NCBI GenBank assembly: GCA_040264895.1
Contig: JBDQHL010000003.1
Span: 72 to 64,071, forward strand
Reading direction: 5' to 3'
Source of the DNA: Bacteroidota bacterium
GTDB taxonomy: Bacteria > Bacteroidota > Ignavibacteria > Kapaibacteriales > UBA2268
DNA: 64,000 nucleotides
The position numbers and the translations under genes were made by a program. Position 1 is the first letter of the stretch; each line of letters begins with the position of its first letter. Positions 20,171 through 30,087 of this stretch are shown one piece after another. The notes beneath the pieces are model-generated. The model was not told the DNA's origin. It saw only the letters and a program-made list of their open reading frames with translations, and did no database searches.

Positions 20171-20210
20171 AAAAGGGTTCAGTTTAATTGAAAACTGAAC
20201 CTTTTTTTTA
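20171..20210. terminator. Bidirectional rho-independent terminator between glmS (+) and the S9 peptidase (-): GGTTCAGTTT...AAACTGAACC flanked by A/T runs
   Basis: 'aaaaaagggttcagtttaattgaaaactgaacctttttttt'. Confidence 0.65.
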
Positions 20211-20217
20211 TTCTATA

Positions 20218-22257
20218 TTAATTTTTCGTTTCGAGGATTTTCTCGTGTTCTAAATCATAAGGTGGCATTTCATCTATACCGTTGCCTTCCATTAGATAGA
20301 AGTCCATCCATCGCATTAGCCGTTTACCATAATCAAGCTGTGCTGCTGATTTTTTGTTACCATGACCTTCTCCTGGATAAAAGACCAATCGAACAGGTGT
20401 TTCAGTTCGTGTCTTAATATATCGATATAGTTCCATAGACTGACTTGGGTTTACGCGCGTGTCTTCTTTTCCGTGCATAATAAGAATTGGAGTCTTAGCT
20501 TTATCCGTATGATAGATTGGGCTACGCTCGAGCATCCATTGCCATTTATCCCATGGGTAGTTACGTGCGTGTACATTATACATTTCCATTGGAATATCTG
20601 TTGTTCCAAATTTTGATAACTGATTTGATATACCAACGAACATAACACTAGCAGCAAAGTGTTCACTCAGGGCTGTTGCAGCCCATGCTGAAGCATAGCC
20701 ACCATAAGACCCGCCAGTAATACCAACACGATCTTTGTCTATAAGACCAATTTTATCAAAATGAGTAATCGCATCAACCAGGTCATTGAACTCTGCTCCT
20801 GCATAATCAGCTTGACCCATTTTACTAAATTCTACACCACGACCAGTACTTCCTCGATAATTTGGGGAAAATACTACATAACCTTTGCTAGCTGCATATT
20901 TGATTGGATTTGAGTAACGATCTTTCCATTCATTTGAAATGTGGGCTTCAGGACCTCCATGAATCATCATAATCATAGGGTAACGCTTACCCTTACTATA
21001 ATCGTTAGGATAAATCAGTACACCGCCAATTTCTAAACCATCACGTGCTTCGTAAGTTACAGCAACTTGTTTAGGAAATTCAACACCAGATAGATCAATT
21101 GAATATGTAAGTCGCTTTACTGAGCCATCTATTATGCTTACTACCTCCTGAGGATGCGATGAACTACCCGAAATACTTATAATATTCTGTCCACCGTTAT
21201 CAATTGACAAACCCTTAACTACAGCAAGGTCTTGCTTCAGTAGTTGCTTATTTTCACTGTTTTTAGTATTTATTATACCTATTTCGCTGGTCATATTAAC
21301 TTGCCCAATATAAACTAGGCTATTATCATCAGTCCAATCAACATGACTCATGTGACCCATATAATTTTTAAGATATTCAGTTAGATTTCCATTGTCTGCG
21401 TTACCAACAAATAGTCTTCCAGCAGAAGGATCATTTATATCCTCAGCACCAATTATTGCTACTTTTTTGCCATCGGGAGACCAACTAGCCATTCCCAATT
21501 TACCCTCAGTTCTAAATGATTGCTTCAAACTTCCATTCAGGCCATAGATTTGATATTGAGAATTAGTATAATTATCATCAATCAATGGTGTGGGAGTTGT
21601 TCTAGTAAGAATTAAATTATTAGATGGACTAAATTGTAAAGACAAAAAGTTTTTATCAATATCAATTAACTCAGGTTCTAAATCATCTGAATTTAAGTCA
21701 ACTTTATATAGATGATTGAACTCATCTGACTCTTCATAAATTTCTGCTTTAAAGCCTTTTGATTTTAAAGACTCCTCATGCTTTAATTGAGAACTCTTGG
21801 CAATAAAAACCAAAGTATTACCCTGACTGTTGATACTGTAAGAACCAATATTGTTATCATGACTTACTAATCTTACAGACTCTCCCCCATCAACAGGAAT
21901 TCTATATATACTGCTATGTTTATCGTCATTTCGCTTAGCAGTGTAATAAATATATTGCCCTTTTGGCCCCCAACTGACATTTGAAATATTTACATTTCCA
22001 CTGATAAATTGGCGAGAATTTCCATCTAAGTCAGATATATGTAATTCAACATAATGACTCCCATCATCATCAATATATGGGATTCTGGGATTAACCAATG
22101 TATAGGCAACGTATTTCCCATTTGGAGATATTTCAGCTTGGCCTACATGGCTCAAGGTTACTGTTTCTTCAAGAGTAAGAGTCCTTGCCGTAGTTTGTGT
22201 AGTAGTAAATAATAAACTCACAAACAGAAGAGTAATCAATTTCATTAAGAGGTTCAT
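20218..22257 (-). CDS. S9-family serine peptidase (prolyl oligopeptidase/dipeptidyl-peptidase type) with N-terminal beta-propeller; secreted
   Basis: Signal peptide; catalytic 'GGSYGGYASAW' (GxSxGG), a C-terminal His in 'GEGHG'; propeller-like N-terminal half. Confidence 0.8.
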   Translation of the reverse strand: MNLLMKLITLLFVSLLFTTTQTTARTLTLEETVTLSHVGQAEISPNGKYVAYTLVNPRIPYIDDDGSHYVELHISDLDGNSRQFISGNVNISNVSWGPKGQYIYYTAKRNDDKHSSIYRIPVDGGESVRLVSHDNNIGSYSINSQGNTLVFIAKSSQLKHEESLKSKGFKAEIYEESDEFNHLYKVDLNSDDLEPELIDIDKNFLSLQFSPSNNLILTRTTPTPLIDDNYTNSQYQIYGLNGSLKQSFRTEGKLGMASWSPDGKKVAIIGAEDINDPSAGRLFVGNADNGNLTEYLKNYMGHMSHVDWTDDNSLVYIGQVNMTSEIGIINTKNSENKQLLKQDLAVVKGLSIDNGGQNIISISGSSSHPQEVVSIIDGSVKRLTYSIDLSGVEFPKQVAVTYEARDGLEIGGVLIYPNDYSKGKRYPMIMMIHGGPEAHISNEWKDRYSNPIKYAASKGYVVFSPNYRGSTGRGVEFSKMGQADYAGAEFNDLVDAITHFDKIGLIDKDRVGITGGSYGGYASAWAATALSEHFAASVMFVGISNQLSKFGTTDIPMEMYNVHARNYPWDKWQWMLERSPIYHTDKAKTPILIMHGKEDTRVNPSQSMELYRYIKTRTETPVRLVFYPGEGHGNKKSAAQLDYGKRLMRWMDFYLMEGNGIDEMPPYDLEHEKILETKN

Positions 22258-22653
22258 TGTGTTTCCTGTTTTTTTGAATGCTTATATTTTGTGATAATTG
22301 TAATGGAATTTTCTTTTTATCCGTCTGCGACGATACTTCTATTAGCTTAGTGCAATTTTAACAGAAGCTCCTCATTAGCATCACTTACACAAGTTATTAC
22401 TTGGTGAGCTAATTTGATTACCCGCCTATATTTTGTATTTTTGGGTTCAATAATTGTGGAGTATTTACTCTAATTATAATACAGAGTTTGAAAAAAGAAT
22501 ATGGAAAATAGAGTATATAAAGGTGGGTTAGATAGTAATATTAAATAATATAAATTGAATAATTAGATTGAGATAAAACTCCAATAAGCTCTTAAGACAA
22601 AGGATTGGAGTCTTTCAGCAATTATTAGAAAATATTAATTTCAAGAACAAAGA

Positions 22654-24105
22654 TTAATATTTTATGCAAACATTTTTTGGCTCTGTGAAAAAGTCCATAG
22701 CTTCAAATCCACCTTCGCGACCCATTCCACTGTCTTTTACACCACCGAATGGGGTTCTTAAGTCACGTAGAAGCCAACAATTCACCCAAACTATACCAGA
22801 ATGAAGTTGTTCAGCTACCCTATTAGCTCTACTAATATCTTGAGTCCAAACTGTAGCAGCTAATCCATACTTTACACTATTTGCGTATTCTAGCACCTCT
22901 TCTTCTGAGCTGAAGGGTTGTAATGTGACAACTGGACCAAATATTTCCTCTTGATTAGTACGGCAATTGTGTCCTAATCCCTCTATCACAGTAGGTTCAA
23001 TAAAGTACCCATTCTCACATCTTCCTTCTGGTCTAACAGCATTTCCACCAGCAAGCACTGTACCTCCCTCTTCTTTTGCTAACTCAACATATGATAGTAC
23101 TTTTTCTTGGTGGTCTTTAGAAACCACCGCACCCAAATTACTTGTCTCATCACTTGGATCACCAACTTTTAGCTTCTTTACCTTGGCTACGAAGTCATCT
23201 CGGAATTTTTCATAAATCGACTCGTGAATATAGATGCGAGACCCACAAAGACATATTTGTCCTTGGTTAGCAAAGGAAGACATAACACTTGTTCTCAAAG
23301 CATTGTCATAGTCACAATCGTCGAAAATAATATTAGGATTTTTTCCTCCAAGTTCAAGAGACATTTTCTTGAATTTTGGAGCTATTGTTCTTGCTATATG
23401 TTCTCCAGTCTTAGTTCCACCAGTGAACGAAATCGCCTTTATATCATCGTGGTCAACTATACTTTGACCTGCATTGGGACCATTCCCATGGACAATGTTT
23501 AACACTCCAGCTGGCAATCCAGCTTCTACACAAACTTCAGACAGCAAGTAAGCAGTCATTGGGGTAACCTCACTCGGCTTAGCTACTACAGTGTTACCTG
23601 TAGCGAGAGCAGGTGCAATCTTCCAAGTAAATAGATAGAGTGGTAGATTCCAAGGCGAAATACACCCAACAACACCCAATGGTTGTCGAAGTGTATAGTT
23701 AATAGCAGGCTTTTCTACCATATGGTGTGACTGACTTCCAAAGTGCATTGCCGCAGTAGCATAGAACTTAAAGTTAGATTTTGCTCTTGGTATATCTACA
23801 GCTTTCGCTAGCTTTAATGGTTTACCATTGTCTCTGCTTTCTGCTTCCACAAACTCGTAGAATCGTTTGTCTATTCCGTCCGCTATTTTCATTATATAAT
23901 CGTGGCGTGCCTCGTTCGATAATTTAGACCACATTGGAAATGCTGCTTTAGCAGCAGCAACTGCTTTGTTAACATCATCTTCATCAGAGTCGGGTATCTG
24001 TGAGTAAACTTCACCAACAGCTGGGTCATAGATATCTAAATAATTCTCATTAGCTGGGGCAATCAATTCGCCGTTTATATAATTTTTTAGTTTTAACATA
24101 TTCAT
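22654..24105 (-). CDS. NAD(P)-dependent aldehyde dehydrogenase
   Basis: 'ELGGKNPNIIF' (catalytic Glu), 'GQICLCGSRIY' (catalytic Cys), 'FTGGTKTG' NAD-binding. Confidence 0.85.
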   Translation of the reverse strand: MNMLKLKNYINGELIAPANENYLDIYDPAVGEVYSQIPDSDEDDVNKAVAAAKAAFPMWSKLSNEARHDYIMKIADGIDKRFYEFVEAESRDNGKPLKLAKAVDIPRAKSNFKFYATAAMHFGSQSHHMVEKPAINYTLRQPLGVVGCISPWNLPLYLFTWKIAPALATGNTVVAKPSEVTPMTAYLLSEVCVEAGLPAGVLNIVHGNGPNAGQSIVDHDDIKAISFTGGTKTGEHIARTIAPKFKKMSLELGGKNPNIIFDDCDYDNALRTSVMSSFANQGQICLCGSRIYIHESIYEKFRDDFVAKVKKLKVGDPSDETSNLGAVVSKDHQEKVLSYVELAKEEGGTVLAGGNAVRPEGRCENGYFIEPTVIEGLGHNCRTNQEEIFGPVVTLQPFSSEEEVLEYANSVKYGLAATVWTQDISRANRVAEQLHSGIVWVNCWLLRDLRTPFGGVKDSGMGREGGFEAMDFFTEPKNVCIKY

Positions 24106-24365
24106 TTCGTGGTTTTAATTTCAGTAGCAATTATACAAAAATACGAAATATAATGGGATTTAATTAAGTGATTAACCCATTATATGTTTTATTAAATATT
24201 TATTGATTTAAGAAATAGGATTTTTTTAAAAAATTACAATTCAGTAAATATTACTACTACACAAAAGCATGACAAACAGATAGCAAATTTAACGTTTGCA
24301 TCAGTGTATCCTCACTATATCACTAAGGTTGAGAAAAAAGGTAGAAAAATGGATAAAATATTAAG

Positions 24366-24402
24366 GACAAAATAAAAAGGTACCACCTATATGTAGTACC
24401 TT
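24366..24402 (-). terminator. Rho-independent terminator of ssb (AAGGTAC...GTACCTT hairpin plus T-run on the minus strand)
   Basis: 'aaataaaaaggtaccacctatatgtagtacctt'. Confidence 0.5.
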
Positions 24403-24423
24403 AAGAAACTTTTATTTTTTTCA

Positions 24424-24861
24424 TCATTCTCCGAAACGAGAATCAAAATCACTATCTAAATCGTCATCCGCTCCTGAAAAATTATCTTCAAAATCGGAAC
24501 TATCTTCGTTATTGCTTCTACCATTTTTTCTGTCTTCTAACACAAGCATATTGTCTGCTAATATTTCAACAACTTGTTTTCTATTTCCTTCGCTGTCTTC
24601 ATAGTTTCTTGTTTGCAACCTACCTTCTACATAGATTCTAGTACCCTTAGTTACTAGTTTATCTATTACTTTTGCTAGGCCTCGCCATGCGACTATAGTA
24701 TGCCAATCAGTATGTTCTTTTAGATTTCCTTCTCTATCCTTCCAAGATTCAGATGTAGCCATTCTAAACGAAGTGACCGGCACGCCACCAGGTGTTTCTT
24801 TAAGTTCAGGTTGCTTACCAACATTCCCAATCAACATTACCTTATTAAGTGTTCTAGACAT
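24424..24861 (-). CDS. ssb: Single-stranded DNA-binding protein
   Basis: OB-fold N-terminus 'VMLIGNVGKQPELKETPGG...' and acidic C-terminal tail '...DDDLDSDFDSRF'. Confidence 0.85.
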   Translation of the reverse strand: MSRTLNKVMLIGNVGKQPELKETPGGVPVTSFRMATSESWKDREGNLKEHTDWHTIVAWRGLAKVIDKLVTKGTRIYVEGRLQTRNYEDSEGNRKQVVEILADNMLVLEDRKNGRSNNEDSSDFEDNFSGADDDLDSDFDSRFGE

Positions 24862-24920
24862 TTATCTTCTCCCGAGCTATTATTTTTGATTTCAACTTTT
24901 ATCCTTTTCGATAGGATTTA

Positions 24921-24958
24921 ATATAAAATAAAAAATTCCATTTATCAAATGGAATTCC
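24921..24958 (-). terminator. Rho-independent terminator of the lipoprotein gene (perfect 10-bp stem AATTCCATTT/AAATGGAATT plus T-run on the minus strand)
   Basis: 'aaaataaaaaattccatttatcaaatggaatt'. Confidence 0.6.
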
Positions 24959-25105
24959 TTGTTAAAATTACAGTTTTAATTTGGGTCTAGCCTTCTATTT
25001 GGTTAAGACACATTTTAGTTTTCTGCCATTTCCATTAAAATATTGTCCTTTCAATTTTACTTATCGGTGAGTTTTCATAATACTTTAATGTTTTTTTCAT
25101 TTTTT

Positions 25106-25714
25106 TTACCATAAAGGCAAAGTTTCATATAATTCACTTACATCAAAACTATAGATTTCTATCTCTGCTCCTTCTTCGGTAGCAAACAATGTATACTCAG
25201 TTCCAGGTATATCAGTTTTATGTCTAATTATCGTATCACAATCTACTATCATAGTAGTATATTTTGCATCCTGAACTATTTGAAATTTCAATAATTCATC
25301 TACATTAATCTTCTTCTCTCTGTAACTATACAAGTATTTATCATTCTCATAAACATCAATCTTATCTGATTTGAATACTGCTTTTATACCTGCTTTCTTA
25401 CCATCTGCTAAGGGTGAAGTCCTTTCAACTACACTAAACTCAACTGACTTCACTGGCTTTAAGTAAAATGATTTTTTATATTGAGTTTCATCAAACATTC
25501 GAAGAGCAGTAACTGAGCTCTCTTCTATTCTTAGTGCATCGTCAGCAATCAAGTTAACCGTAAGTGGATTGTCAGCTCTGTAGCCAACTACAGCAGGAAA
25601 CATAACACTTCTAAACTTGTTCATCACAAATGTATCAGAGGCACATGAAGTGATTAATAACGATAATATAACTATTGTAATAGGTTTCATTAAATTATTG
25701 TAATTTAGTTGCAA
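25106..25714 (-). CDS. Hypothetical lipoprotein
   Basis: Signal peptide ending in the lipobox 'LLITSCAS'; no recognisable domain. Confidence 0.45.
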   Translation of the reverse strand: MQLNYNNLMKPITIVILSLLITSCASDTFVMNKFRSVMFPAVVGYRADNPLTVNLIADDALRIEESSVTALRMFDETQYKKSFYLKPVKSVEFSVVERTSPLADGKKAGIKAVFKSDKIDVYENDKYLYSYREKKINVDELLKFQIVQDAKYTTMIVDCDTIIRHKTDIPGTEYTLFATEEGAEIEIYSFDVSELYETLPLW

Positions 25715-25785
25715 GGTTAAATTTAGAAAAAATTTATTTCACTTTCAAAAAATTTCAATCTTCTTTAAACTATTTCAAAATATTT

Positions 25786-26958
25786 GTGTCTCAACTATAT
25801 GAAAAACTAATACTACTTATATTCACTACCTTACACTTATCCGCACGTGATTACTATTATCCACCAATAGATTCGGATGACTGGGAAACTACAAACATTA
25901 CTGATTTAGGTTGGGACACCGATGAGAAAGACGAGTTATCCAACTTCCTAGATACCACTGGCACAAAGGGCTTCATCATATTAGTCAATGGTAAGATAGC
26001 AATAGAAGAATATTTTAATGAATTTGATAAATCAAAATTTTGGTACTGGGCTTCGGCTGGAAAAACACTTACAGCAACTATGATTGGACTTTCCGAGCAA
26101 GATGGATTATTAGACATTGAAGAGCCAACTTCCAATTATTTAGGAAATGGCTGGACAAGCATGGACACTGAAAAAGAAACTAATATTAAGATAAGACACA
26201 ACCTATCTATGTCAACAGGATTGGATTATGATGTTGATAATCAAAATTGTATAGACCCCGAATGCCTTAACTATCTTTATGAACCAGGAACGCATTGGTT
26301 TTACTACAACACGCCTTACCGATTACTATTAGATGTGTTGGATTCAGTTTATGACAAAAGAATAAATCAAGTTACAAACCAGCTAATCGGTAACAAAATT
26401 GGTATGGGTGGATTTTGGTTAGATTATGTTCGCTGGGGAACAGCGAGAGATTTAGCAAGGTTTGGATTATTCGTAACATCTGGTGGGAAGTGGGAAGATA
26501 GATTAGAACTTAATTCTGATTATTTTTTCGATATGATAAACACTTCGCAAGAGATGAATAAATCTTATGGTTATTTGTGGTGGCTCAATGGTAAGGAAAG
26601 TTATAGGTTACCAACTTTAAACTTAGAATTTCAAGGACAACTTGTACCCTCAGCACCCAGTGATATGTATGCAGCATTGGGTAAAAATGACCAGAAAATT
26701 TATGTAGTACCCTCACTTAACATGACAGTAGTAAGAATAGGTGATAGTGCTGGAAAGTTAATGTTAGCTTCTTCATCATATGATACTCAGCTTTGGACAA
26801 TGATAATGAATATGATGCCTACAACAAGTATAGAACTGAAGGAAAACGATTTGTTTATTTACCCAAATCCAGTAAAGGATGTACTTAAAATAAAGTCTAT
26901 TGAGAAATTTGATAAAGTTCTAATTTACAATGCATTAGGAAAAAAGTATCTGAATTAG
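25786..26958 (+). CDS. Secreted serine hydrolase (beta-lactamase/transpeptidase fold) with a T9SS C-terminal sorting domain interrupted by a frameshift; the CTD continues in the -1 frame to 27068
   Basis: 'WASAGKTLT' SxxK motif. The tail 'LFIYPNPVKDVLKIK...LIYNALGKK' is a T9SS CTD start, and the remainder '(V)SELDFSNNINLGSLPNGYYIIELINHNSTSKRFRFMKAE*' is encoded in another frame right after an A6 run at 26940-26945. Confidence 0.6.
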   Translation: MSQLYEKLILLIFTTLHLSARDYYYPPIDSDDWETTNITDLGWDTDEKDELSNFLDTTGTKGFIILVNGKIAIEEYFNEFDKSKFWYWASAGKTLTATMIGLSEQDGLLDIEEPTSNYLGNGWTSMDTEKETNIKIRHNLSMSTGLDYDVDNQNCIDPECLNYLYEPGTHWFYYNTPYRLLLDVLDSVYDKRINQVTNQLIGNKIGMGGFWLDYVRWGTARDLARFGLFVTSGGKWEDRLELNSDYFFDMINTSQEMNKSYGYLWWLNGKESYRLPTLNLEFQGQLVPSAPSDMYAALGKNDQKIYVVPSLNMTVVRIGDSAGKLMLASSSYDTQLWTMIMNMMPTTSIELKENDLFIYPNPVKDVLKIKSIEKFDKVLIYNALGKKYLN

Positions 26959-27255
26959 ATTTTAGTAATAATATAAATCTTGGATCCTTACCTAATGGAT
27001 ATTACATAATAGAACTTATTAATCACAATAGTACAAGTAAAAGATTTAGGTTTATGAAGGCAGAGTAGAAATAAACAAATTTTACTTTTTGAATGATAAA
27101 AAAGAAATTTAACTTTCGAAATTACCAAACTACTAACATCCTCTGATTATACTTTATTCCGATAGATTTCTGAGAATTTCTATGCCAAATTCATTTTTTT
27201 AATTTAGCTTTGACATCCAAGCAAACCCTTTTTACACCACTTCATTGACAATTAT

Positions 27256-27289
27256 AAAAAAAACCAACTCTGCCAGAAGACAAAGTTGG
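27256..27289 (-). terminator. Orphan strong rho-independent terminator (CCAACT...AGTTGG hairpin plus T8 on the minus strand) with no upstream minus-strand CDS
   Basis: 'aaaaaaaaccaactctgccagaagacaaagttgg'; only a weak T-tract on the plus strand. Confidence 0.5.
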
Positions 27290-27666
27290 TTCTTATCAAA
27301 TAATAGTTATATGAACTATACCGCTCTTACTACTGTAGTAGCTGCAAGAAGGCTTGTGGATTCTGGTTCGCTTGCGAAAGCGAAGTCAGTGATGTTTGCT
27401 GTAAGAACTGAGCTTTGATTAGTCACAAGGGGTGTGTCAAAAAATAAATTGATGCCAGAGGAAACCCAGCTCTCTATTATTATTCTTTGCTTGTACTTTA
27501 CAGTTATATCAGTACGTACAAAACAATTTTAACAAGATTTATTTACCATTTATTATCAGTAAAATTAAAATTTCTGCTCTAAAATAAGTAATTTTGGATG
27601 TGTTAATTATGCCTCATAAAATAGGATAATATTCAACACAGCTTTTTTTTTGGTTAATATTATACA

Positions 27667-28272
27667 ATGACTACAAGCAGCAATAATAATAATAGAATAA
27701 TAAAACCAGAGGTACTTCTTCAAGCTTATAAGCAAGGTTATTTTCCTATGGCTGATAGCAAAGAAGGAGACATCTATTGGCATTGCCCTGACCCAAGAGC
27801 AATTATACTACTCAATAACACCAAAAAGCCTAGATCACTCAGAAAAAATGAAGAAAAGAATACGTTTGAATACAGAGTCAATACTAACTTCAAAGAAGTA
27901 ATAACCAAATGTTCTGACAGAGATGACACTTGGATTTCTGAGGAAATCATAGAAACTTATGTAAAGCTTCACAATCTTGGTTCCGCACATTCTGTAGAAA
28001 CTTATATGGACAATCAATTGGTGGGAGGCCTTTACGGGGTAGCAATTGGTGGTGCATTTTTTGGAGAATCTATGTTCAACACTAAGACTGACGCAGCAAA
28101 GGGTGCCTTTTACTATCTAATTGATTTACTCAAAAAGAAGAACTTTTTGCTTCTTGATACTCAATATATAAATCCGTTTACAAAGCAACTTGGAGCTATT
28201 GAAACTAGCTTTATGGATTATTCAAAAAAGTTAATAAAAGCTATAAACTTTGCCACAAGTTTTGTAGATTAG
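27667..28272 (+). CDS. aat: Leucyl/phenylalanyl-tRNA--protein transferase
   Basis: 'QAYKQGYFPMADS...IYWHCPDPRAIIL' and 'VGGLYGVAIGGAFFGESMF' are the conserved Aat motifs. Confidence 0.85.
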   Translation: MTTSSNNNNRIIKPEVLLQAYKQGYFPMADSKEGDIYWHCPDPRAIILLNNTKKPRSLRKNEEKNTFEYRVNTNFKEVITKCSDRDDTWISEEIIETYVKLHNLGSAHSVETYMDNQLVGGLYGVAIGGAFFGESMFNTKTDAAKGAFYYLIDLLKKKNFLLLDTQYINPFTKQLGAIETSFMDYSKKLIKAINFATSFVD

Positions 28273-28275
28273 ATT

Positions 28276-30087
28276 ATGAGAATACTAACTATATTATTCA
28301 TATTAATATTTTTATCTTCTTGCAGGCCCCATATCAACAAAAAAAATGATATAGATTGCGAGGTTCCAATAGTAGAATGTGAACAATCCTCTTGGACAGG
28401 CTCACCACTTGACACCTCATATTACAACAGTGGTAAAAACTTTTATTACAGTATAAAACAAGTTGAAGGTCTAAATACTTCAGATCAAGAATATTCTATA
28501 TTTCTCTCAGATTTAATTCATCCACAGAGTAATAAAAAAATAAACCTTGCTACCATAGGTGAAGAACTTGGCCAAAGAACATATTTAATAGAAAGAAGTT
28601 TAGATATTAAAACTAAAACAAAAAGATATGACAGTTTTAAAAAAGTTTTAGATATTAAAGGAGATAGCCCAGGGCACATCGGTTTTCCTACATTAGTCGA
28701 CAATGAAAGGATTGTAATAGCTTCAACTTTCGCTTCTGATCAAACCTCAGAAACTAAAATAAATGGTTACTACGAGATAATACCAATAGAAGAATCAATA
28801 GGCCAATCTCGATTATATGACGTTAAAAAAGGTAATGAAAAACAGATTGAAACTGATATAACACACAAATACAGTCATTTGATCTGGGAGTCTCATCCAA
28901 GTTTTGACATGGAGAATAATATATTATTCTTTGCTTCAGACAGGGAGAATGGATACGGCGGGGTCGATTTGTGGTATATGCTATTTGAGGATGAAGAATG
29001 GATAGGTCCGTATAATTGTGGTATGAATGTTAACACACCTTGTGATGACATTACACCCTTTCCTGACCCAAAAGGTAAAAGACTTTATTTTAGTTCAGCT
29101 GCTCATAATAGTGTTGGTGGCTATGACTTGTTTTACATTGATTATAAATTAGAGGTCACTAACTCTAAAAAGTCAGTAGTGTTTGACAGTGAAATATATA
29201 ATGTTGGTGCACCAATTAATACTGTAGCTGATGAGATTTCTCCATTCTTCAAAGACAACCCAGATAACTATTTTTACTATAGTTCTGACCAAGATGGTGA
29301 TTTTGATATATTTGTAAAGCAAAAAGTCTTCAAAAAAGGAACAGATAAATTTAACAGTGAAAATAAGGAAGAAATAGTTGAAAACACTGAAGTAGTTATT
29401 CCCACTGACTCAGTTGATATCAACCCTATGTTTAAATTGGAGGGAGTAGTAACTGATAAAAGAACTCAGGAGCCAATAAAGGATGTAGATGTTTCAGTAA
29501 CTAAAGAAAAAGAAACTACCCCCTACAAGAAAACTAAAACGGATAATGAGGGAAAGTATAAATTTGAACTTGAGAAAGGCCCTGAGTATAATGTGAAAAT
29601 AGAGGATGACACACTCTTCTACGAACAATACACAGTGAAAGTAGACAAGAATAACAAGTCAAATTCGGTAGTCCGAGATATATCAATGGATATTGTTAAA
29701 ACTGTTCGGATTAACTTTGAATATGACAAGTCAGATGAACCTTATGATTATATTTTGGACTCATTAGGAAATCAACAGAATATAACCTGGCAAAATGCCA
29801 TTGACAATCTTTCTAATGATATTAAAGGTTCGCAATCTGTAATAGAAGAAGTAATTATAACAGGTCATACAGATCCAGTTGCAAGTGCATCGTATAATAA
29901 AAATTTAGGCCAGAAAAGGGCAGAGTTTGTTGTTTCTCAGTTAGTAAAACGTGGAATACCTATTTACCTATTAAAAGCAAAAAGTAAAGGTGAGACACAA
30001 AAGCTAGAAAAATTTGAGAACGAGAATACTAAACAATACCATAAGCGTTTAAGAAGAGTTATATTAGAAAAAGTATTTATAAAATGA
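28276..30087 (+). CDS. OmpA-family lipoprotein with PD40/TolB-like repeats and a C-terminal OmpA peptidoglycan-binding domain
   Basis: Lipobox 'LSSC'; 'YYSSDQDGDFDIFV' PD40-type repeats; C-terminal 'ITGHTDPVASASYNKNLGQKRAEFV' OmpA-like motif. Confidence 0.7.
   Translation: MRILTILFILIFLSSCRPHINKKNDIDCEVPIVECEQSSWTGSPLDTSYYNSGKNFYYSIKQVEGLNTSDQEYSIFLSDLIHPQSNKKINLATIGEELGQRTYLIERSLDIKTKTKRYDSFKKVLDIKGDSPGHIGFPTLVDNERIVIASTFASDQTSETKINGYYEIIPIEESIGQSRLYDVKKGNEKQIETDITHKYSHLIWESHPSFDMENNILFFASDRENGYGGVDLWYMLFEDEEWIGPYNCGMNVNTPCDDITPFPDPKGKRLYFSSAAHNSVGGYDLFYIDYKLEVTNSKKSVVFDSEIYNVGAPINTVADEISPFFKDNPDNYFYYSSDQDGDFDIFVKQKVFKKGTDKFNSENKEEIVENTEVVIPTDSVDINPMFKLEGVVTDKRTQEPIKDVDVSVTKEKETTPYKKTKTDNEGKYKFELEKGPEYNVKIEDDTLFYEQYTVKVDKNNKSNSVVRDISMDIVKTVRINFEYDKSDEPYDYILDSLGNQQNITWQNAIDNLSNDIKGSQSVIEEVIITGHTDPVASASYNKNLGQKRAEFVVSQLVKRGIPIYLLKAKSKGETQKLEKFENENTKQYHKRLRRVILEKVFIK

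Noticed and set aside
27290-27600. tmRNA / SRP RNA / RNase P RNA in the non-coding stretch before aat
   Set aside because: 'GATTCTGGTTCG' superficially resembles the tmRNA 5' end but there is no tRNA-like T-arm (GGTTCGAnTCC) or CCA end; no SRP domain IV GUCAGGUCCGGAAGGAAGCAGC motif; no RNase P P4 'AGGAAAGTCCGGGC'. Kept only as an unclassified sRNA candidate.
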